Below the pieces are notes generated by a model. That model was not told where the DNA came from. It did not search any database and saw only the letters and a program-made list of their open reading frames with translations. A program made the translations under genes and the position numbers. A DNA stretch of 64,000 nt from Chiloscyllium plagiosum (taxonomy: Eukaryota): positions 14,134,364-14,198,363 of the forward strand of contig NC_057719.1 of the NCBI RefSeq assembly GCF_004010195.1. Direction: 5' to 3'. How positions within the stretch are numbered: position 1 is the first letter of the stretch; each line of letters opens with the position of its first letter. This document shows positions 49,965 through 62,721 of the stretch, piece after piece.

Positions 49965-50924
49965 CTGTAATGGTACAGAAAGAAAATCAATAAATTAAAT
50001 TAGCAAATGAAAGAATAAGTCAGATGCCATTAAAATGCATACAATCCATTGTTGGGTTGATTGGTTCTCAATGTTTCATTCTTTGAAAATGTGGCTCAAT
50101 AATAACAGCTGCTATAAAGTATGTGTGGCACTGGTGACTTTTTGAGTCTTGTGTTGACTGAATACATAACCTGATTTTACATTTAGACCAACCTGTTAAA
50201 CATACTGTATATACTCAAGTAAAAGATCTCATGTCAAAGTCGAACCTCGATTCCTGGCCAAACAATCTGGTATTTTCCATCTAGCTTGTGTAAAAGTCAA
50301 CCCTACTTCTTCACAGATAGTAATTAACATTTGCAAGTCAAGGTATTATCCTGTACACAAACATTATGATGAGGAAATAAATATTGCTTTTTGTGCTATT
50401 ATGTGTTTTGATGTACAATTCACACCAACATTAGGCTACGAATTTCTGAAGTTAATTATTGAACGAGCACTATAGTTAGTATAATGAGTGTGATACTAAG
50501 TTTATCACACAATCATTTCCAATATAAGATAGGCTTATATGCATTTATTTCTAAAATTACTGTGCAGCTGTTGATGATTTCTCGCAGCTACAATGATTGG
50601 CGAGATTGCATGAGAGTCAAATGTCTGATAACTTATTCTTATCAGAAATAAAAGCTTAGAATGTTAGTTTGAAACAACAGTAAATGAGAGAAAAAGAAGG
50701 GAAATGGAAGAATTTGGCGTAAAAGTTTAGGATGCATCAGGTCAGTATCAGGTGACACCTTCCTTTGTGTGTAGTTCAGCTGAGCTCAGTTCCCTTACAG
50801 CACTTGTGGAATTACCGTAATTCATTGTGTATGAATTTCAGCCCCTCAAATGTAGTATTCATGTAATAGCTGACCCCATAAATTTAATCTTAAAAATAGT
50901 CTAAAAAATTTGACTATTACAGGA

Positions 50925-51031
50925 GTATTTCTGGCCACTTTCATAAGCAGGTCTATCCCAGAGCCCAGTTGATCCATTGCCAAATATCCTAGGAATATTT
51001 CAAAGCTGTGTAAAATCAATTGCAATGATAC
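50925..51031 (-). pseudogene. Non-functional duplicate of the acceptor and 5' part of the 49536-49964 exon
   Basis: Aligns to about 49869-49976. The acceptor AG is changed to AA and the Cys codon TGT to TGA. Confidence 0.85.
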
Positions 51032-51539
51032 TTTTACATGAGTATATATAGTAATTATTTTATCGGCTCACATATTTCCTTCCTTAAGCCTTGTTCCCAT
51101 TTGTCATTCTAATCATAGTTTTTCTTAAATAAAAAATCAATTGATGTTTTAAACCACTAGATATTTATGATTATTATCTGTGTTTTAGAAATATTTGCCA
51201 AGTTAAACATGTTAAGTTTTTTTTTTACTTTCCAGCCTTTATATTCTATGTGTGGATTTATTTTTCTGTGATTAAGATGGCATTAGAAAGTGGCGACACT
51301 ATACAACACTTCTCGCTATATTTTGTACCAAAATACATGTGATAATAAATTTTAAAAATCAAATAAACTAAATTAAATATTGTACTTACACAGTGAAGAT
51401 TCAGAAAGAGGAGACAGAGATAAATATAGGTAAGAGACTTAGTGTCAATTGTCTTTTAAGAGGACATATGGAATGTTGAAAGAAAATAGAACACAACACT
51501 TGAGTTTTGGTTATAGATGTAGGAATGTAAATATCCTGA

Positions 51540-51860
51540 TTAGATTAGATTTCTTACAATGTGGAAACAGGCTCCAGGCTCTTCGGCCCAACAAGCCCAC
51601 ACCGACCCTCTGAAGAGTAACCCACCCATACGTATTCCCCCTGAATGATGCACCTAATACTATGGGCAATTTAGCATGGCCAATTCACCTGACCTACACA
51701 TCTTTGAACTGTGGGAGGAAACTGGAGCACCCGGAGGGAGCCCACGCAGACACGGGGAGAATGTGCAAACTCCACAGACAGTTGCCCGAGGCAGGAATTG
51801 AACCCCGGGTCCCTGGCGCTGTGAGGCAGCAGTGCTAACCACTGAGCCACCATGCTGCCC
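51540..51860 (-). mobile_element. HE1/V-SINE-like SINE, full length
   Basis: Reverse complement with A/B boxes and (TAATC)n tail. Confidence 0.9.
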
Positions 51861-53040
51861 CAAACTGACCCCAATGGGACAGAGTAAGACAGACAGAAAG
51901 AGAATAGAGGAGCTTTAGCTTCACCTGCGTGATAGTAACTGGATGTTTGGGCAGTTACAATCAATGTCATTTCTAATCCACTGGCAAGTTGACTGGTCCA
52001 AATTTTAACTTGTTCAACTGGGCAGCTGGTTTGATGGTAATTCTTGAGGGTAGAAGGAATCCTCTTTGCATTTGAATATTGAATTCTGATGATGTCATTG
52101 CAATTAGATTGTAAGGTTAATTTCTGAGTTGGATCAGCAAGTTGCTGTTGTTTCCAGCTCAGTGTAAAGGAAGCAGAGAAACTGGCCCAATAAAGGCCCC
52201 AAAATGTTAACTTAGGGGTTGGTTGGTCAGCCATAATCCTATAGAATAATGGAGCAGGCTTGAAGGGCCAAATGGCTTGCACCTACTCCAACTTTCTACG
52301 TTTTAAAACTGTTCTTGTGGTACCAGGAGTACTCCAATCAGCCATAATGGGTTTTCCCTGCTGCTAACCCTCTTCCCTTCTAATGCAATAACCTCCAAGA
52401 CAACTGCAGAAATTGAACCTGTCACCTACAGAACTGGCACTTGATTTTCAGGTACTCAACGTTGATGTTTTAGCCCAGATGGAGACCACTCTCAAAGTCA
52501 ACTTCCCTCTAATTGTGCCCTACCACTGATATGCGTTTTCCCACAATACTGGGAGGTCAGGCCTTCAGTATTACCTACATATTGTCCTGGCAATTTGAAA
52601 TCAGCGATGAAGAATGGGATTCATTATGCTAACAGAGCTGCTCACATTTTCAGCACAAATTTGGCTTATTCAAATTGTCAAGAGAGCTGTCAAGAAAACT
52701 GTTAACATAAATGCCAAAGGGACTTGTTAAATAAAGCTGTTGAGCATTACAAACCCTTTCTTGTAACAAATGGAAATGTTTCAGTGGTGTCACAAGAAAA
52801 GCAGTGCTTGTTATTTGATTCTGTTGACATAAGCCTGCAAGTTATAAATGCAGGATTAGTGCTATATGACTGATTTCACAACATGCCATTTCACTATTTG
52901 ATTGGCTGTCTAAGCGGTTATAAACGCTTTGGGACAACAAATTCCAATTTTTTTTAATAGAGTCACAGAGCCATATAGCACAGAAAAGTGTCTATTTGAT
53001 ATTTAGATTCAATACAGGTATTAAGTAATTAACATCTTAC

Positions 53041-53211
53041 CTGATGTTCTGGAGGGGCAGAAAGCACATTGTAGGCCCCAGGCCTCTCCATACAAGCAGC
53101 AGCATTCAGTGTATGTTGTTGATCTGGTCCTCAAAGGCTTACTACAGATGTCATCCTCAGTCACTGCTTGCCAGCATATATCCAGATATGTATCTACCTC
53201 TTCAGAGTTAA
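53041..53211 (-). CDS. LTBP2: LTBP2-like exon (last 8-Cys/TB domain)
   Basis: gttcactag|(V)[56 protein letters not shown]|gtaag; 171 nt, phase 1-1. TYTECCC..GEAW is a TB-domain signature. Confidence 0.95.
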
Positions 53212-53307
53212 CTAGTGAACAGAATTAATATCATAGGGTTATCTTCAAAACAGATAAAAAATGTTTATCAGGTTACTGTTGTACACACAAAACATATCTC
53301 TGAAGTT

Positions 53308-54218
53308 TCATGCCGCTACTGAGGTTTTGTCAGTGCAGTTAATGTCAGAGCATTGAAGTGTCCTGCCTCGAATTTTCCATGAAGGGGATTTAAAAGCACA
53401 GGCAACATGTTTATTCAGCAATATTTCAATTAATTTCCTCAGCCCCTTGTTAGTTACGGTCAGGCATCCCAATTTTAAAAAAGGACCATTGAAAGAGGAA
53501 TGAATGTTTGATTATGATATAGGTTATGATATCTATATCAGCAGTGGGCTCAAGGGATGAACAATTGGGGTTGCAAACTCCAAGTCAGCATTGGTGATTG
53601 CAGAGCCAAGACTCCGATTTAACCATCCTTAGTGCTGGGAGGACCCTTTAAGTGTGTGTGTGTGTGTGTGTACTTTCCACTGTTAGGCAGAATTTAATGG
53701 AAGTCAGTTTAATTACAGGCAACAAAACAATCTGTTCAATGGTAGGTGGCTGAAATCATGCCGCTACTGAGGTTTTGTCAGTGCAGTTAATGTCAGAGCA
53801 TTGAAGTGCCCTGCCTCGAATTTTCCATGAAGGGGATTTAAAAGCACAGGCAACATGTTTATTCAGCAATATTTCAATTAATTTCCTCAGCCCCTTGTTA
53901 GTTACGGTCAGGCATCCCAATTTTAAAAATGGACCATTGAAAGAGGAATGAATGCTTGATTATGATATAGGTTATGATATCTATATCAGCAGTTCCCCAA
54001 CTGTGGATTCAATCCCAGTGGGCTCAAGGGATGAGCAATTGGGGTTGCAAACTCCAAGACAGCATTGGTGATTGCAGAGCCAAGACTCTGATTTAACCAT
54101 CCTTAGTGCTGGGAGGACCCTTTAATTGTGTGTATTTTCCACTGTTAGGCACAATTTAATGGAAGTCAGTTTGATTACAGGCAACAAAACAATCTGTTCA
54201 ATGGTAGGTGGCTGAAAT
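53308..54218. repeat. Tandem duplication of ~450 bp (53308-53755 and 53756-54218)
   Basis: Both copies start TCATGCCGCTACTGAGG and end GGTAGGTGGCTGAAA. They differ by a short indel, a (GT)n expansion and a few substitutions. Confidence 0.92.
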
Positions 54219-54289
54219 TTTCTTGACCCGTACCCTTTCAGTTTGAGCTCCTTCCACACTCCATTGAGCAAATCTTCATAGAATTGTAG

Positions 54290-54612
54290 AAACCCTGCAG
54301 TGTGGGAACAGGCCCTTTGGCCCAACAAGTCCACACCGACCCTCTTAAGAGTATCCCACCCAGACCCACTCCCCATTACTCTACATTTGCCCCTGACTAA
54401 TGCACCTAATCTACACAATCCTGAACACTGTGGGCAATTTAGTATGGCCAATTCACCTAACCTGCACACCTTTGGATTGTGGGAGGGGCACCCAGAGGAA
54501 ACCCATGCAGACACAGGGAGAATGTGCAAACTTCACACAGACAGTTACCCGAGGATGGAATCAAACCCAGATCCCTGCTGCTGTGAGGCAGCAGTGTTAA
54601 CCACTAAGCCAC
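54290..54612 (-). mobile_element. HE1/V-SINE-like SINE
   Basis: Reverse complement of the family. Confidence 0.85.
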
Positions 54613-57092
54613 TGTTGTTCAGTTCAATAACTGTTCATCTCCACTTTGTGTAACAATTATTCTCCCTCCTTACCCCTTCCCAGTTAACAACTCTTCCCAT
54701 CACTCAATTTTCCTTGTCTGAGGTCATATCATTTGTGGGAGTTTGGGAAGAACTGGTCTACATCAGGATAGCCAGGGACACATTTCCAATTGAGAACATG
54801 ACAAACATCGATGGGAGAGTAGCAATGAGGAAAGTTTGAAAGTTCTTTATAATATTTAAGGGATCGGTAACGTTTAGTTTAGAAAATGCTTGTAAAGGAC
54901 CCTTCTAACAGTTTTCATCAATTCAAAATAAATCAATTGTAATGTTATTGGATGATAATGCTCACTTGTTCATGTGACTGGTGGCCCTTAGCTTGGAAGG
55001 ATGGAAGTTAAAATGGAATCTGGAAAGGAGAACTGCAGACAGAAAAGCTGCAGCAGAGGGGAGAATAGAGAATGCACATTTAAAAGAAGCTGAGTTTTAA
55101 AATACCCTTAGATATATCATAAAGCCAAAGATAGGACTAGAGCAACAATTGCACTTGAGATTTGCCAGAGTTGACCGCTGTTGGATGATATTTATGAAAG
55201 GAGTTTTATAAAGGAGTCTTTGGGAAATGTGTATTATCAAGACTTGAATGAATCTAGCTGAGAGGACATTCTACAGGGGTGTTCCACTTCGATGACATGG
55301 AGATGCCGGTGTTGGACTGGGATGTACAAAGTTAAAAATCACACAACACCAGGTTATAGTCCAACAGGCTTATTTGGAAGCAGTAGCTTTTGGAACGCTG
55401 CTCCTTCATCAGGTGGTTTAGATGACAACTCTCTCTGAAGGCCTGGTGCTGAATGCAGTTTGACAGCCGAAGTACTTCCAGAGAAAAATGAAAGGTTCAG
55501 TGCACTGTCATTGAGTTGGGAAGATTGTGAAATTACACAAGTGGTGCCAAATGTTTGTGGGGGTAATGTGAAAGCTTGTAATATTGTGAAGTAGTCTTGC
55601 TACTACTGTTCATACAAACTATAATTTTCTTGTTGGTTCATGTTAATTTACACTGATTCGGAGATGTGTTGAAGTTTGTGGGCGGCACGGTGGCACAGTG
55701 GATGTCACACCCCTGCCTATTCTAGACAGGAGGGAAACTTAACACAGGAAACTGTAGGACAGTTAGCTTAACATTTCTTGTTGGAAAAACTTTAGAGATC
55801 ATTAAGAGACAGCAGGACATTCAGGAAAATTTAACATAATCAAACAGTGTTGACATAGTTTATGAAAGGGAAATCATGTTTGACAAAGTTGCTAGAGTTC
55901 ACAGAATCTCTATAGTGTGGGATGAGGCCACTTGGCCCATCAAGTCTCGAATGACCCCCTGAGGAGCATCCCGCTCCATCCCTACAACCCTATGATTAAT
56001 CCACCTAATCTATACGTCCCTGGACACCACAGGTAAATTAGCATAGGTAATCCACCTAATCTGCACATCTTTGAACTATAGGAGGAAACCCACACTGGCA
56101 GTCACCCGAGAGTGGGATCGAACCTGGGTCCCTGGTGTTGTGAGGCAGCAGTGCTGCCCAGTTCTTTGAAGAGACAACATGCAGAGTTGATAAAACCAGC
56201 AGGTGTAGTGTATTTTGGATTTCCAGAAAGTTTTTGTTAATGTCCAAAATAATAGTGATTGCACAATATGGGAGCTTCCAGTATTGAGGGTAATGTATCA
56301 GAATGGACTGATGACTGGTTAACACACACAAAAACAGAGTCAGGATTAATGGATCTTTTTCAGGGTGGAAAGACTTATGAGGATCAGCGTGGGGCCTCAA
56401 TTATTTACTATATCCATTAATGACTTGGAGGAGGAGTGCAGTGTGATGCAAGCAAATATAATAATCGGTGAGAGGGCCTATTGTGATGAGGACGAAGAGA
56501 AATGGAAAAGGGGCATGGGTTCCCATCACATAGTGCAGGCATGTCAGTGAGCACCCCTCTTAGTTTTGATCTGGTGAGGAATTTTCGATTATTGCCAAAA
56601 TTTAGTAGAGAATGCTGAGACGTACTTTGTATGCTTTGAGAAAATTGCCACAATCTGAAATGGCTGAAAACATAGTGAGCTTTTGTTTTGTTTGTTTGTG
56701 GGATGTGGCCATCACAGGCTCGGCCAGCATTTATTGCCCATCCTTAGTTGCTCAGAGGGCATTTAAGAATCAACCACATTGCTGTGGGCTTGGAGTCACA
56801 TATAGGCCAGATCGAGGAAGGATGGCAAATTTCCTCCCCTGAAGGACTTGAATGAACTAATTTTCTTTTACATCAATGGTTACATAGTTATCATTAGGCC
56901 AGTGTTTTGTTCCATTATGAAGCAAACTGTGTGACCGATATTGATGTTGATCTTTTTTGTGCTGTACGTTTGGATTCTTGGTTTTTGCATTTGGGTTTTC
57001 TGTCAGTCTGATGTTAACTGACTTGCAAGTATCACTGTAGCCATGGTGATTTCTTTTAAAACCGTTTTTGATGCCTGGCCTCGAATAAAAGG

Positions 57093-57471
57093 TAGCCATG
57101 ATTTGGAGGTGCCGGTGTTGGACTGGGGTGTGCAAAGTTAAAAATCATAAAGCACCAGGTTAGAGTCCAACAGGTTTATTTGGAAGCATTAGCTTTCGGA
57201 GCGCTACTCCTTCATCAGGTGGTTGTGGAGAATAAGATCGTAAGACGCTGAATTTATAGCAAGTTTACAGTGTGATGTAACTGAAATTATATATTGAAAA
57301 AGACCTGGATTGTTTGTTAAGTCTCTCATCTTTTAGAATGACCACGTTGGTTTCAACTGAACCAACAATTATGATTTTATACTCCACAACTACCCGATGA
57401 AGGAGCAGTGCTCCGAAAGCTAGTGCTTCCAAATAAACTTGGACTATAACCTGGTGTTGTGTGATTTTTAA
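57093..57471. mobile_element. Fold-back Penelope-like terminal-repeat insertion (second family) with two opposed hammerhead motifs
   Basis: Minus CAC-CTGATGA-AGGAG-TAGCG-CTCC-GAAA-GCTA-ATG (57221-57187); plus TAC-CCGATGA-AGGAGCAGTGCTCC-GAAA-GCTA-GTG (57391-57425). Flanks CCTCGAATAAAAGG (57079-57092) and CCTAGAATAAATGG (57472-57485). Confidence 0.78.
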
Positions 57472-57649
57472 CCTAGAATAAATGGGTTTTTGTGCACCGC
57501 TAATGGAGTTTTGTTTTCTAAGACTGTTTTGTGACATGAAAAGGTAAATACAAATGGTTAAAATTTAATTTGTTTTAAGCTTAAGGGAAACACCCCCCTC
57601 TTAGAGAGGGAGGCTTATTAGTTTGACTTTGAGATTTGAGCAGTCATAG

Positions 57650-58000
57650 AATCACAGAATCCCTACAGTGTCGAACCAATTGGCTCCTCAAGTCCACACC
57701 AATCCTCTGACGACCATCCCTCTCAGAACCTCCCCCCTTTACCCTATCCATGTAATCCTGCATTTCCTGTGGCTAACCCATCTCGCCTACACATCCCTGA
57801 ACACTACGGGGTAATGTAGCATGGCCAATCCACACTGACTTGCACACCTTTGGACTTTGGGAGGAAACCGGAGCACCAAAGTGAAACCCACACAGACACG
57901 GGGAGAATGTGCAAACTCCGCACAGTCACCTGAAGCTGGAATCGAACCCGGGTCCCTGGCAGAGTGAGGCAGCAGTGCTAACCAATGAGCCACCATGCCA
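57650..58000 (-). mobile_element. HE1/V-SINE-like SINE
   Basis: Reverse complement of the family. Confidence 0.85.
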
Positions 58001-58091
58001 CCCTTTGAAGAGGGCAATGGATCCGCTTAAATTTCTTGCTAATATAGAATTATTAATATATCGTAGAAATAGCTTCAAAACTTATATTTAC

Positions 58092-58232
58092 CTCCTAATT
58101 CTGTGCCATTTATACATTTTTTACGGGTTACATCCAGTGTAAGTGGTGGGCTGCAGAAACAGTTAAAAGATCCTGGTGTATTGACACACTCTCCATTCAC
58201 ACATGTATTTTCATCTTGACACTCATCAATAT
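58092..58232 (-). CDS. LTBP2: LTBP2-like exon (calcium-binding EGF domain)
   Basis: ttctttag|(D)[46 protein letters not shown]|gtaaat; 141 nt, phase 1-1. [10 protein letters not shown] matches LTBP2. Confidence 0.95.
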
Positions 58233-59023
58233 CTAAAGAAATAATGACAAAAAAAAGGGGGACAAATATGTTATTCCTTTCGATTAATACATGAACATGT
58301 ACCCACCTCTGCAAGTAATTGAGCAACTTCCCCGAGTAATAATGTTGATTGAAAATCATTGATACAATTATCTTGCGGTGCAATGGTAGTGTTGCTATCT
58401 CTGGACTAGGAGACCAGTGTTTCAAGTCCCACCTACTCCAGAGGTAGGTAATAACATCCCTGAACAGACTGAACATAAAATATGCATTTAATTGTTTTAT
58501 CATTTTTGCTTTACATTGTTAACATGAAAGTATTAAATGCAAATGCGTTATGCAAGTAATGTGTGCACATTCTTCAAAATGTAGGTGTCACATTTCTATA
58601 ATTTTACCTCCAAAACAGATAGAAAACATTCTATTGAAATTGAATATTCTCAAAATTGGAAGGCCAACTTAGTGCGTATATATTCCCATCAGTAAGCAAC
58701 ACTCAGAGATTGTACTGCAGCTGCAGAACCTGTGATTTTGAACTCCTATAATGAGTGAATGAAGATATATGTTGTACACCCATCAGTGAACACCAAGAGC
58801 ACACAGTGATTGTTGTTTCCCAGTAGGTTGGAGGAATCAATACTAATATTTAGCAGACGATTTCTATAAGGGAGCTTGTTTATAATCAGAACTCTTGGAT
58901 GTTGAATAGGCTTAGAAAGGAGAAACCAGTCATTTACTACTTGCTTAATGGGCAAGCATAGTTTTAAATAAACATTCATTGTAGACATACATTATTTTCA
59001 TCCTGCTAATAGCTCAAACTTAC

Positions 59024-59152
59024 CAACACATTCCAGTCGTACATTGTTATAGTAATATCCAGTGTCACAGTAACAGGCGTAGTCACCTATATTATTTACA
59101 CAATGCCCATTCTTGCAAATTTCTGATCCAAACATTGTACATTCATCCGCAT
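59024..59152 (-). CDS. LTBP2: LTBP2-like exon (calcium-binding EGF domain)
   Basis: actgtag|(D)ADECTMFGSEICKNGHCVNNIGDYACYCDTGYYYNNVRLECV|gtaagt; 129 nt, phase 1-1. Confidence 0.95.
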
Positions 59153-59659
59153 CTACAGTTGGGAAGTGAAACACATTTATTTCAGAGATATTTGATAAAC
59201 AGTTCCACTATTTTGCTGAAGTGTTACAATGTCAGCTGATGGTAAGAGACAATTTAGCTCCCAAAATGAAACTTGACTCAATAGATCATAAGTTTAATTT
59301 TTGCAGATGGGTATTGTGAGTCACTGGTTGCATTCAAATGAGATTGTCAATGTTCTTTAAGAAAATAACACCAGTTTATTGCACAAAAGGAAAAAAAAAA
59401 TGGAAGTTTAAACATGTGATATGTTTTAGAAAGATCTCACCCATCATCAGCAAAACAACAATTCAACCTGCTTCCCAGGTTTTCATGTATTCGATATCAG
59501 GGAAGCATCACTTGTATCTTAACTCTGCAAATTCTTAGAGAACTGACTTTTTCAGTTTTGTTGGCCAAGAGGCATATTTCCAGATGCTTAAACCTCTTTT
59601 CAGTCCTTACAACTTGAAAACTTCAACACAGACCCTCATAGTTTGGAAATTTCACAACT

Positions 59660-61378
59660 GGACCTGATCAGGTGTACCCAAGAACTCTGTGGGAAGCAAG
59701 AGAAGTGATTGCTGGGCCTCTTACTGAGATATTTGTATCATCGATAGTCACAGGTGAGGTGCCGGAAGACTGGAGGTTGACTAACATGGTGCCACTGTTT
59801 AAGAAAGATGGTAAGGACAAGCCAGGGAACTATAGACCAGTGAGCCTGACGTCGGTGGCGGGCAAGTTGTTGGAGGGAATCCTGAGGGATAGGATGTACA
59901 TGTATTTGGAAAGGCAAAGACTGATTAGGGATAGTCAACATAGCTTTGTGCGTGGGAAATCATGTCTCACAAACTTGATTGATTTTTTTGAAGAAGTAAC
60001 AAAGAGGATTGATGAGGTCAGAGGGGTAGATGTGATCTATATGGACTTCAATAAGGAGTTTGACAAGGTTCCCCAAGGGAGACTAGTTAACAAGGTTAGG
60101 TCTCATGGAATACAGGGAGAACTAGCCACTTGGATACAGAATCCAAAGATGTGCAGATTAGGTGGATTGGCCTTGCTAAATTGGCCATACTGTTAGGTGC
60201 ATTAGTCAGAAGGAAATGGGTCTGGCTGAGTGACTCTTTGGAGGGTCGTTGTGAACTGATTGGGCAAATGGCCTGTTTCCATACTGTAGGTAATCTAAGC
60301 ATCTAAAGAACTGGCTCACAGGTAGAAGATAGAGGGTGGTGGTGGAGGGTTGTTTTTCAGCTGGAGGCCTATGACCAGTGGAGTGCCACAAGGATTGGTG
60401 CTGGGTCCATTGCTTTTCATCATTTATATAAATGATTTGGATGTGACCATAAGAGTCATCGTTAGTAAATTTGCAGATGACACCAAATGTGGAGGTGTAG
60501 TGGACAGCAAAGAAGGTTACTTCAGATTACAATAGGATCTTGATCAGATGGGCCAAATGGGGCTGAGAAGTGACAGATGGAGTTTAATTTAGATAAATGT
60601 GAGGTGCTGCATTTTGGGAAAGCAAATCTTAGCAGGACTTATATACTTCATGGTAAGGTCCTAGGGAGTGTTGCTGAACAAAGAGACCTTGGAATGCAGG
60701 TTCATAGTTCCTTGAAAGTGAAGTCGCAATTAGATAGGATAGTGATGAAGGTGTTAGGTATGCTTTCCTTTATTGATCAGAGTATTGAGTACAAGAATTG
60801 CCTGTACAGGACATTGGTTAGGCCACTGTTGGAATATTGCGTGCAATTCTGGTCTCCTTCCTATTGGAAAGATGTTGTGAAACTTGAAAGGGTTCAGAAA
60901 AGATTTACAAGGATGTTGCCAGGGTTGAAGTATTTGAACTATAGGGTGAGGTTGAATAGGCTGTGGCTGTTTTCCCTGGAGCATCGAAGGCTGAGGGGTG
61001 ACCTTATGGAGGTTTATAAAATCATGAGGAGCATTGGTAGGATAAATAGGCAAAGTCTTTTCCCTGGGCTGGGGGAGTCCGGAACTAGACGGCAGAGTTT
61101 AGGATGAGAGGGGAAAGATATAAAAGCGACCTAAGGGCAACTTAGGTCTACGCAGAGGGTGGTACGTGTATGGAATGGGCTGCCAGAGGAAGTGGTGGAG
61201 GCTGGTACAATTGCAGCATTTAAAAGGCATCTAGATGGGTATACGAATAGGAAAGGTTTGGAGGGATATGGGTCAGGTGCTGGCAGGTAGGACTAGATTG
61301 GGTTGGGATATCTGGTTGGCATGGGTGAGTTGGACCTAAGGGCTTGTTTCCGTGCTGTACATCTCTGTGACTCTATAA
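59660..61378 (+). mobile_element. CR1-clade LINE (RT region to 3' tail), interrupted by a SINE fragment at about 60140-60300
   Basis: ORFs 59672..60196, 60350..60535 and 60577..61107 give NYRPVSLTS, GVPQG.VLGP, FADDTK and LEYCVQFWSP. Confidence 0.93.
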
Positions 61379-62069
61379 CTGAAATCCTTCTGCTAAAAAA
61401 TTGTTCTCTGAACTGAAACCTGATTCAGAACTGAACTCAAAAAAATTGAGTGACTCCCTGGTTTATTTTCTCTGTATATCATTAATGTTCCATTTTGTAA
61501 ACTGTTCATTGGTAAATATTACAGTTATCCTGCTGGGTACTTGAGTGAAGGCACATGAATTTTTGGAAATTAAACATTGACTTACACTGTTCCAAACAAG
61601 TTTCTGACTTCACAGGACTGAAAGCAAAATCAACGTTATCTCTAATTTTAAAAATCCCACATAATAATATGTTATAAACTGCTATCACACTGTTATGACC
61701 CAACTGAATTGTAATACAAGACTGAAATTTGGCTGGATCGTTTAGATCTTTTATCTTTATTTTGGTTAATGTTATGATCAGTCACTGATGGTGAGGAGCC
61801 TGGAGGCAGAGTTAAAGGTAAGAGTGAGTGGGATGGGGAGAATTTCTGCAGAAGCCAGATTCGAAGGCCCTGACAAGGTGTCAATACACATTGACCCAAA
61901 GTAGGAAGGGGCAGAGACAGGCCTGTTAATGAGCTGACTTTCTTGCACATCACAGACTGCGCAGTGATAGTTGCCAGGTTGGATGTCTGTTTCCTGCTGT
62001 TCGTTAAATCCTAACGATAGTGGGATGAGGCATTTCAGTGACCATTAATTTGCAATGTAAGAGCCTCAT

Positions 62070-62400
62070 CATAGAGTTTTTACTGTGTGAAAGCAGGCCC
62101 ATTTGGCGAATTGAGTCCACACAGAAGAGCATCCCGCACAGATCAACCTCCTGCCCTGTAACCCTACATTTTCCATGGCTAACCCACCTAGCCTGCACAT
62201 GATGGACAATTTATGACAGCCAATCCACCTGAACTGCATGTCTTTGGATTGTGGGAAGATACTGGAGCACTCAAACAAAACCCACAAAGACACAGGGAAA
62301 AATGTGCAAACTCCACACTGACAGTCACCGTAGGCTGGAATTGAACCCATATCCCTGGAGCTGTGACGCAGCAGTGCTAACCACTGAGCCACCATGCCAC
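62070..62400 (-). mobile_element. HE1/V-SINE-like SINE
   Basis: Reverse complement of the family. Confidence 0.85.
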
Positions 62401-62634
62401 CCTAACTGACTCAAAGGCGGGTGAGTTTCTTAACACAACCACTGGTACTGGTAAAATTGCAGCAGGGTAGGGGACAATCTGAATAAGCAGCTGCCATGGA
62501 CCACCCCCAGGGCATTTTACCAACAGAAGTCTTAAACCCCAGGCCAATATCCAACATTCGGACCAATGTATTGCACTTCACAGTAAAGAACAGTTGCTGA
62601 CAAATCAAACCACGTTTTCTATTGTAAGACTCAC

Positions 62635-62721
62635 CTCCATAGCTTTGTGATCCAAAGCTAAAAGAACCGATCTGAAATGGAATAAAGCCTTTTCCATCTG
62701 GACAAATTTCATTGTATTCAT
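62635..62721 (-). CDS. LTBP2: LTBP2-like exon (end of the penultimate TB domain); upstream exons are outside the window
   Basis: ctttgcctcaattcag|xEYNEICPDGKGFIPFQIGSFSFGSQSYG|gtgagt; 87 nt, phase 1-1; joins in frame to DADEC of the next exon. Confidence 0.88.

Noticed and set aside
51671..52282. 203-aa minus-strand ORF
   Set aside because: It starts in a LINE 3' tail and ends in a SINE, with no recognisable domain or splice support.
37629..62721. LTBP1, LTBP3 or fibrillin as the identity of the EGF/TB gene
   Set aside because: The TB-EGF-EGF-TB-linker-EGF-EGF-stop ending is LTBP rather than fibrillin. [18 protein letters not shown] and FEGLQAEEC favour LTBP2, although some residues are LTBP1-like.
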